IMG/VR virus record: IMGVR_UViG_3300041583_000345
Location: 1-64,000 of that record
From: a virus
Length of the DNA stretch: 64,000 bases
Strand: one strand, 5' to 3'
The translations under genes and the position numbers were made by a program. Position 1 is the stretch's first letter. Every line of letters starts with the position of its first letter. The notes beneath the pieces are model-generated. The model was not told the origin of the DNA. It searched no databases and saw only the letters and a list, made by a program, of their open reading frames with translations. Below are positions 57,097-64,000 of this stretch, in pieces.

Positions 57097-58812
57097 TTAC
57101 CCATCACAGCTTAAACAATCTTCAGATGTTCTTGATCCTATATCTCCGTTTATTACTGAGTCTGTTCTTAGGTAATATAGTGTTTTTATTCCTAACTTCC
57201 AAGCTTGTTGGTGAACTAGGTTGATAAATCTTGGACTATCTGTTGGATCAAAGGCTAAGTTTAAAGATTGTGTTTGATCAATGTATTTTTGTCTAACTGC
57301 TGCTTGTTCTACCAGAGCAAGTTGGTTTATTTCAGCAAATGTTAAGAATACCTCTTTATCCTCTACTGTCATAATATCTTCAGGTAGATTAGCTACAGAA
57401 CCTCTATCTTTCATGATTTGATCCCAAACTTCTTCTGTATTATGCCCTTTTACGTCTAAATATGACTCTAATGCTGGATTTTTTCTAATAAAAGTTCCTT
57501 TTGCTGAGTTAAAGGTATAAACGTTTGCTGGTACTGGTTCAATTCCTGCTGAAACTCCTCCTGATATAGTGGAATTTGATACTGTTGGTGCGATAGCCAG
57601 TAAGTGACTATTTCTCATTCCAGTTCCTTTGCACCATAACGGCTCTCCATACTCATCTGCTAGTTTTCTTGAAGCTGCTTCTGCTTTATTTTTAATATCC
57701 GAGAATATTTGATGTGTGTACGATGTTGCTGCTATCGAATTGAAAGGTATTCTTTCGTTTTGTAAAAATGTATGCCATCCTAATACTCCTAATCCAAGTG
57801 CTCTTCCTTTTTTAGCAGATCTTGCTGATCTTATCAAAGAATCTCTTCCAGAGGTCTTTGCTAGAAATTCCTCTAGTACTCCATCTAAGAAATAAATTGC
57901 TGTTTCTATCAAATCTGTATTTTTCCATTCGTGCCATTTCGTTAAATTTACTGAGGATAAACAACAAATAAAGGAATGTTCTTCGTCGGTAAATAATGTA
58001 ATTTCCGAACAGATATTTGTCATCGTAACTTCAAGGTTATTTCTCGTATATGCAGGAGGATTGTCATTATTAACGTTATCCTTAAACATAATATAGGGTT
58101 CTCCTGTTTCTACTCTAGACTTAAGTATCTCTACCCATGTCTCCATTGCCTCCGGTACTCTCCTGTCGAGTTTCTCCATAAAGCTATCATCCACTACAAC
58201 GCATTGGTGTAGGTTTAGACACTGTCTATTAGGGTCCCCTTTAGGTCTTCTAATTTGTAAAAATTCTTTAATATCTGGATGATTTATATCTAGGTTAACT
58301 GATGCTGCTCCTCTACGAACTGCGCCTTGGTTAGTTGCTATGATAGTAGAATCGTAAATCTTAGCCCAAGGTATTACACCTTCTGACTGTCCCATTTCTA
58401 AGGTTCCGATTTTTTGACCTCTACCTCTAACTTTAGATAATCCAATACCAACTCCACCTCCTAAGGAAGTCAATCTCATGAGTTCAGCATTGGTCAAGCC
58501 AATACCTCGAATTGAGTCGGGGGTATCAATTCCGAAACATGAGATTGGTAATCCTTTATCAGTTCCTGTATTTGATAGAACAGGTGAGGCTAAATTTAAC
58601 CACCCTTTCCACATATACCTGAAGAATTTTGGTGCTAAATCTGGTCGATCTAGTCTTTTTGCTACCGTATCAGCTACTCTCTTGTATGCTAATTTTGGTG
58701 TTTCATTTGGTAGTAAATACCCTTTTGATATTGTTGCTATTGAAACTTCGTTCATCCATTCCGGATAGTCTTTTCCTGCTTCCCAATTGTAAGTATCTAC
58801 TGGTGTATTCAT
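57097..58812 (-). CDS. nrdA: class I ribonucleotide reductase alpha subunit
   Basis: ISCF, NICSEI, AIAPTVSNS, KTLYY, terminal CLSCD. Confidence 0.97.
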   Translation of the reverse strand: MNTPVDTYNWEAGKDYPEWMNEVSIATISKGYLLPNETPKLAYKRVADTVAKRLDRPDLAPKFFRYMWKGWLNLASPVLSNTGTDKGLPISCFGIDTPDSIRGIGLTNAELMRLTSLGGGVGIGLSKVRGRGQKIGTLEMGQSEGVIPWAKIYDSTIIATNQGAVRRGAASVNLDINHPDIKEFLQIRRPKGDPNRQCLNLHQCVVVDDSFMEKLDRRVPEAMETWVEILKSRVETGEPYIMFKDNVNNDNPPAYTRNNLEVTMTNICSEITLFTDEEHSFICCLSSVNLTKWHEWKNTDLIETAIYFLDGVLEEFLAKTSGRDSLIRSARSAKKGRALGLGVLGWHTFLQNERIPFNSIAATSYTHQIFSDIKNKAEAASRKLADEYGEPLWCKGTGMRNSHLLAIAPTVSNSTISGGVSAGIEPVPANVYTFNSAKGTFIRKNPALESYLDVKGHNTEEVWDQIMKDRGSVANLPEDIMTVEDKEVFLTFAEINQLALVEQAAVRQKYIDQTQSLNLAFDPTDSPRFINLVHQQAWKLGIKTLYYLRTDSVINGDIGSRTSEDCLSCDG

Positions 58813-59621
58813 TTAATTTTGTTTTTGTTGTTTCCGTAATTTATATTCTCTACGTAGTTAATTATAGACCCTTTTAATTTACCTCCTTTTACTGTAGTTC
58901 CTGTGTTTCTATTTCTCTTTAATGTTCCTTCATCGTACTTTTCTAAAGCTTCCATTAAGCTATGTAGTAGTTCTTTGCTCTTGTCTGGGTGTATAATTGT
59001 ATAGGTTCCTTTCGATTTTCCGTAATTACCTGCTAACTCTCCTGGTCGTTTTACTCCCCACTGTGAGCTCTTCTCTCCTGTGTGGTTTTTTATGAACTTT
59101 TCAAAATACTCCTTCCGTGTCATACTGCCTTTAGTCTGCTTACAGGAATACACTCTTTTTTCTATAGCTTCTCGTGACTGTTGGTTTCCGGAGTTACATA
59201 ATTCTCGTATCCTTGCAAGTCCTTTTTCTGAGTGGTATTTCCCGTTGTACTTAGCTTTTTTTGTTTCTTTTGCCTTATCTACGGTTTCAGTATTGAACAT
59301 TGGATTTTTCTCTAGAAAAAGCTTTCTCCGTTTTTCTACAGGGTAGGCTATTAAGCACAATTTTTTTCTTTGTAACTCCCCCTCTTCTGTTTTACCTGAT
59401 AGTAGCAACCATGCTACTTTATCTTGCATTTTCCCTAACCACTTGTACCGTATCCAATGTGCTGTTGCATGGTTTTTTATTGATAGTCTTACTAAGTTAG
59501 ATTCTTCGTTGGTTCCTTGTTCATATCTTGGAATAATGTGATGTTTATGTGTACCCCCTATTACTTTATTACTTTTTCTCTCCTCTAGGAATTTTTTATA
59601 AATTTCTTGCCAGTTTACCAT
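58809..59621 (-). mobile_element. free-standing HNH homing endonuclease between nrdA and nrdB
   Basis: HKHHIIPRY..GTNEESNLV.L...H..AH. Confidence 0.85.
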
Positions 59622-59674
59622 AGTATTTGTTTAGAATAAATAGGTAAGAAAAAGATTTTATTGCAACTCGAATC

Positions 59675-60649
59675 TTAAAAAGCGGTGTCCCAATCCATAT
59701 GTCCTTTACTATAATTTGTTACGCGCACAGCGAAGAAATCTGAAAATTGTTTACCTGCAATTACTGCGTCAAACCATTTCATTGTCTTTAATGCTCCTTT
59801 GTCAATTTCTGTTGAGGGTATTAATGGTTTTAGTCCTAAGTCCCCCATTTTGGTGTTTACTCTATGTTTAATAAAATTCTTAAGCTCTTCTTTGGTAAGA
59901 TTCTCTAAATCTCCCATTTCAAAGACTTTGTCTATAAAGTCATATTCAAGTTTTATAGCAGCTGTTGCTGCTTCTCTTATATCCTGCTCTAATTTAGCTG
60001 TTTTAAATTCTGGGTGTTCTTTCATTAATGTTCTAAATAACCAACAGCCTGCTTCTGAGTGTAGAGATTCATCTCTTACTGACCATTCTACTATCTGTCC
60101 AACACCTTTTAGTTTGTTTCTCATCTTAAATGAAAGTAACACTGCAAAGGAACTAAATAAGTTAACTCCTTCTGTGAAAGCAGAGAAGATAGCGAGAGAG
60201 ACAGCTCTTTGGTGCCAATCCGGAGATTCGTGTGAATCTCTAACATCCATTAGATGTTGAATTTTTGCCATTGTAGCTTCATCCTCCATAAACTCCGCAA
60301 AATTATCCAAACCCAGCTGTTCGTTTAATAATGAATAAGCTTCTGCGTGTATTGTTTCAAAAGATCCAAAAGTGACCGCCATTGCAATGACTTCTGGTTT
60401 TCTAAACCATTTTGTAACTAAATTAGTCCAGTAGTCATTTACTACTGTTTCGGTTTGTGCGAATCCTTTTAAGATTCCCCCAATAAGGTTCTTTTCATGA
60501 TCCTTTAGGTTAGAATTCCAGTCTGTTACATCTTGTGACATTGGTATTTCTGTATGTAGCCAGTGGGCTTGTTGCTGTCGGAGCCAGTAGTCGAATGCTT
60601 GTGGATATTCAAAGGGCTTGTAAACAATTCGTTCCTGTAAAAGACTCAT
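59675..60649 (-). CDS. nrdB: class I ribonucleotide reductase beta subunit
   Basis: YKPFEYP, FETIHAEAY, EGVNLFSSF, RDESLH, DFFA. Confidence 0.97.
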   Translation of the reverse strand: MSLLQERIVYKPFEYPQAFDYWLRQQQAHWLHTEIPMSQDVTDWNSNLKDHEKNLIGGILKGFAQTETVVNDYWTNLVTKWFRKPEVIAMAVTFGSFETIHAEAYSLLNEQLGLDNFAEFMEDEATMAKIQHLMDVRDSHESPDWHQRAVSLAIFSAFTEGVNLFSSFAVLLSFKMRNKLKGVGQIVEWSVRDESLHSEAGCWLFRTLMKEHPEFKTAKLEQDIREAATAAIKLEYDFIDKVFEMGDLENLTKEELKNFIKHRVNTKMGDLGLKPLIPSTEIDKGALKTMKWFDAVIAGKQFSDFFAVRVTNYSKGHMDWDTAF

Positions 60650-60765
60650 ATGTATTTATATATTTGAAGTTAAATTAGATGGGAATATCCTCTTGGTTAT
60701 CTCTCGGGGACGTTTTAATAAATAGAATATATATTCTACTTTTGTCTGGTTTTTTAAGAACTTTA

Positions 60766-62103
60766 TTATAGTAATTTCTGTAGCGTTTCTGATGTTAAGT
60801 TATACTTAGGTTTAGCGGCTTCTGCTAATAGATCATCTAAGTCTGTTTTACCTTTAAATGATATATGTCCGTTATTGGTATCCATGTTTATGTCGTAAGT
60901 CATTCCGTCCATACCGTATCTGTTTTTCATAATATGAATTCGACCAGTTCCTAAAACTTTATCTTCTTTCATCCTAGATAAGGATAAACATACATCGGCT
61001 ACCATCATCTTATCATACGATCCTGCAGCTTTATCTCCTTCTATTATTGAATCTTTAGCTCCCATACGGTTAACCTGTGAAGGTGTTAAGATTGGTATTT
61101 TTAATTCTTTGGCTAATCCTTTAGTTGCGATAAAAACATCATCGATTTCATCTTTTCTTTCGGCGAATTTACCTCTTGAAGGTGCTCTTAGGTAATCAAC
61201 ATAATCAATGATTACTAAGTCTGGTTTATGCCCCATATCGGTACATTTCTGTATATGAGACTTAATAGTATTTACTGTTGCTCCCTTTGGTGGGTATTCT
61301 TTAACAATTAACTTCCCCTTTAGTGCGTCTACTGTCTTCTGAACTTCTTTTCTATGTTTGTTTACTTCATCTATAGAATATCCGGTAAAATAACAGTCAA
61401 ATCGTTTCCCAACATAGTCTTCTCCTAATTCTAAGGTGTAATATATAACATTATACCCTAGTTTTACAGCGTGGGCTCCAGCTGCTACCATAGTCCATGA
61501 TTTTCCACCTCCTGGGTTACCAAACATGATAATTAAATCTCCTGGTCCGAATCCTCCCTGTATAGCATCATTCATTATAGGCCAAGGTGTTGGGATAGTA
61601 GGCCTGTAGTCAACTCTGTATCGAGTCTCTACATCTTTATTGTATTCATGGCCAATGTTTTTATCCATCCCAGCTTTCATTGCCTTTTCAACTTGATTTC
61701 TAATCCCGTCGAAATCTCCATCTTTTAAAAGGTCTGCTGATGCTAAAATTGCAGCTTTCATCTCTTGGTTCTTACAAAAGCCTAAAAACTCTTCTTGAAT
61801 ATACTCTAAATCCTCTTGAGATGCTGCGTAAGAGTTTCTAAGCTCTTCTTTTAACGCTACGACTAGTACTTCATTCTCTACCTTCTGAAGTTCTACTTTC
61901 AGAACATCCATTGTTACTACTGTATGGTATTTATCAAAGTACCTGATAATTTCATTTATAATCCACTTATGTGAATCCGCATCGAAATAGACATCTGTCA
62001 ATACATCTCTGGTATTCTGTAGGAATGTTTTGTCTGTTAGTAGTGATCCTAGTACTTTTAATTGGAAGCCTTTTCCGTATTGCTGAAGTGATTTAAGTGT
62101 CAT
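60766..62103 (-). CDS. dnaB: replicative DNA helicase
   Basis: GNPGGGKS, YTLEL, IIDY, TPSQVNR, KNRYG. Confidence 0.93.
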   Translation of the reverse strand: MTLKSLQQYGKGFQLKVLGSLLTDKTFLQNTRDVLTDVYFDADSHKWIINEIIRYFDKYHTVVTMDVLKVELQKVENEVLVVALKEELRNSYAASQEDLEYIQEEFLGFCKNQEMKAAILASADLLKDGDFDGIRNQVEKAMKAGMDKNIGHEYNKDVETRYRVDYRPTIPTPWPIMNDAIQGGFGPGDLIIMFGNPGGGKSWTMVAAGAHAVKLGYNVIYYTLELGEDYVGKRFDCYFTGYSIDEVNKHRKEVQKTVDALKGKLIVKEYPPKGATVNTIKSHIQKCTDMGHKPDLVIIDYVDYLRAPSRGKFAERKDEIDDVFIATKGLAKELKIPILTPSQVNRMGAKDSIIEGDKAAGSYDKMMVADVCLSLSRMKEDKVLGTGRIHIMKNRYGMDGMTYDINMDTNNGHISFKGKTDLDDLLAEAAKPKYNLTSETLQKLL

Positions 62104-62111
62104 TGTATAAC

Positions 62112-63140
62112 CTATTTAAATATTGTTAATCCTCTAAAATTTTCCAACCAACCTTCTGTATTTTTGGTGATCCCTTCAATCTTATCTGTGTCCAGTAAGT
62201 GTAGGAATCCTCCTACCTGTAGTGACGGTATTGGGCTCTTTATTACTTCTAATATATGGTCTTTTTCTTTCTGATCCAACGCTGTAATGTGTAAATCCAT
62301 TAATTTAAAATTAGTTTCCACACGATCCCATTCGCTTATAATTTTAGGAAAGATTTTTTTTACTTTGGGGTCTGTTAACTTAGCTGCGCAGACATCGTAC
62401 ACATACTCTAATGTTGTGCCGGGTACATTTACCAGGTCAGGGAACTGTGAGATTATAGTCTTTATCCCCAAACCTTTTACTCCTGCTAAATTATCAGAGT
62501 TGTCCCCTAAAAGGGCTTTTACAACATTATAGTTTTCAGGAAGAACTTGTAATTCTCCTTGAATGTTAGCAGCTGTTAATAGAAGTTTTTTAACCGGAGC
62601 ATAAACCTCTACGTTTTCATCTACAAGCTGTAAAAAATCTTTATCTGATGAAATTATGGTAAGTTTCTTATTAGTAGACGATGCTGTTTTTGCTAAATAT
62701 GCTATAATATCATCTGCTTCAAGTTTTTCCATCATAACCTGCTGAACTGGTAAACATTCTATATAGTCCTGTGTTCTATACAGTTGTGCTATTAATGCTT
62801 CCTGTTCTTCGGCTTTTGTATCATATAGTCCCCAGTGCGTAATTCGAGATGTTGCTCGATTGGCTTTATAATTCTGGTCTATATTCTTTCTATTAGCAGA
62901 ACCTCCTTTTCCGTCCCATATTATAAGTACCCTTGTCGGGTCAAAAGTACGGGTTACAAATCCTAATGATCGCAGGAAACCAATTAGACCGCCTACATGG
63001 TGGCCTAAAGGGTTCATTGCCTTAAGGAGTGAAAAGCTTCGAATTAGCATATTCATAGCATCTATAACTAAAATATGGTCGTTTAACTCTCGGGGTGGGG
63101 ACTGTTTTAAATTTTTCAGAAGATCTGAATAGTCCGTCAT
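62112..63140 (-). CDS. 5'-3' exonuclease/flap endonuclease (PolI N-terminal type)
   Basis: VIDAMN, YKANR, LEADD, SSDKDFLQL, GDNSDN..GVKGLG.KT. Confidence 0.92.
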   Translation of the reverse strand: MTDYSDLLKNLKQSPPRELNDHILVIDAMNMLIRSFSLLKAMNPLGHHVGGLIGFLRSLGFVTRTFDPTRVLIIWDGKGGSANRKNIDQNYKANRATSRITHWGLYDTKAEEQEALIAQLYRTQDYIECLPVQQVMMEKLEADDIIAYLAKTASSTNKKLTIISSDKDFLQLVDENVEVYAPVKKLLLTAANIQGELQVLPENYNVVKALLGDNSDNLAGVKGLGIKTIISQFPDLVNVPGTTLEYVYDVCAAKLTDPKVKKIFPKIISEWDRVETNFKLMDLHITALDQKEKDHILEVIKSPIPSLQVGGFLHLLDTDKIEGITKNTEGWLENFRGLTIFK

Positions 63141-64000
63141 TAGTCTAGTAGGTTTGGTGTAATTGTTTCTTCTTCTAAATCTCCTTCTTCAATTAAGTCG
63201 AAATCTATTGATCCAACAAGTTTTAACCAGTGCTCTTTATGGGCGTCTCTGTACTTATCGATAGCTTTTTTATCATCTTCAATAAATCCATGAGAGGTCA
63301 TTACTACTTTCCCTCTAGATTGTACTCCCCCTATGTGGTTCTTTTCAATCTGGATGTTTGTACGTTTGGCAAACTCTACCTGTAAACCATCTTTAACTGC
63401 TTTAATCTTAGAAGTGCCCGGGTTTGTAATATTACCGAAGGTAACTACTAAGGTAGCGTCGTACCACATAGACATTCCTCCTTTATTCTGCAGCTTAGGT
63501 TGTCCCATTGGATGCTCAGGTTTCATAGTCCATACTTTATTAATAGCTACAAGAGTATTGGTGTAGGGAAAGTTTTCTTTTCTTGATAATAAAATCTTTT
63601 GATTTAAATTATTACCAAACTGTGTGGACATCGCTCCCGCATTCCATTCATTGTTATTCTTATTAGAACGAACTGATAAGTCACATGGTATAGAACCGAT
63701 AGAATCCCAAAAGAAACATAAATCGAAAGGTAAGTTACCTTTAGCCTGCTCATCCATTAAGTCAGCCATATGTACAGCTACTTCTTCAATGGTATTTAAA
63801 GATCCTCGGTCTGCATATAGAAAATGTCCTTCAAAATCTACTACTTTACCGTTTTCATCTTTAACTTCATTAAATTGAAGCCCCATCTCCCTTGCATGCT
63901 CCCATGACCATTTCATCTCCGAGATAATAAATACCGGTAAGATACCCATTTTCTGTGCACTTACTGCTGCTTCTAATAAAGCAGTAGTTTTTCCTGTGTC
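63140..64000 (-). CDS. recA: RecA/UvsX-like recombinase, 5' part beyond window end
   Basis: Frame stays open to the window edge with DTGKTTALLEAA (Walker A end); WDSIGS, INK, KGG. Confidence 0.9.
   Translation of the reverse strand, partial: DTGKTTALLEAAVSAQKMGILPVFIISEMKWSWEHAREMGLQFNEVKDENGKVVDFEGHFLYADRGSLNTIEEVAVHMADLMDEQAKGNLPFDLCFFWDSIGSIPCDLSVRSNKNNNEWNAGAMSTQFGNNLNQKILLSRKENFPYTNTLVAINKVWTMKPEHPMGQPKLQNKGGMSMWYDATLVVTFGNITNPGTSKIKAVKDGLQVEFAKRTNIQIEKNHIGGVQSRGKVVMTSHGFIEDDKKAIDKYRDAHKEHWLKLVGSIDFDLIEEGDLEEETITPNLLD

Noticed and set aside
24083-62103. Inteins or group I introns in polA, nrdA, nrdB or dnaB
   Set aside because: Protein lengths are ordinary, motifs are contiguous, and the HNH gene at 58809 is intergenic
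1183-63878. Plus-strand ORFs in the supplied track (and minus-strand 17087-17272, 31401-31775, 43834-44016)
   Set aside because: They are antisense or alternate-frame shadows of well-supported genes or tRNAs, with no recognisable motifs

Overview
A 64 kb AT-rich segment of a large lytic tailed-phage genome. Essentially every credible gene is on the minus strand. The host is probably Bacteroidota (Flavobacteriia-like), judged from the promoter consensus, a DUF4494 gene and an Hc1-like gene. From left to right the window holds: a tandem family of small 23-aa-repeat (HREDGPA) proteins; a glycosyltransferase island; lysis genes; GroEL/GroES, an Hc1-like protein and a J-domain protein; a family A DNA polymerase; a dispersed 7-deazaguanine pathway (folE, queD, queE, queC, queF, a TGT-fold protein and a PurN-like formyltransferase) with two ferredoxins; a carbamoyltransferase; a 5.8 kb array of 27 tRNA genes covering all 20 amino acids; four variable 20-aa LRR-like paralogs; a prolyl-hydroxylase plus two-glycosyltransferase cassette; nrdA/nrdB with flanking endonucleases; and dnaB, a 5'-3' exonuclease and a truncated recA. 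The most unusual signals are around the tRNA array. An unannotated 50-codon leader ORF uses all 20 amino acids and overlaps a mutually exclusive antiterminator/terminator pair, suggesting a general tRNA-shortage attenuator. An 18-bp leader-trailer helix with a boxA-like motif encloses the whole array. Four RNAs keep only the tRNA acceptor stem and T-arm, and most spacers are stem-closed or pseudoknotted modules. Also notable are a possible phage hydroxyproline O-glycosylation cassette, two repeat-protein repertoires with hypervariable faces, and a free-standing copy of the NrdA redox tail. All family assignments come from motif recognition by eye; no searches or folding programs were run.
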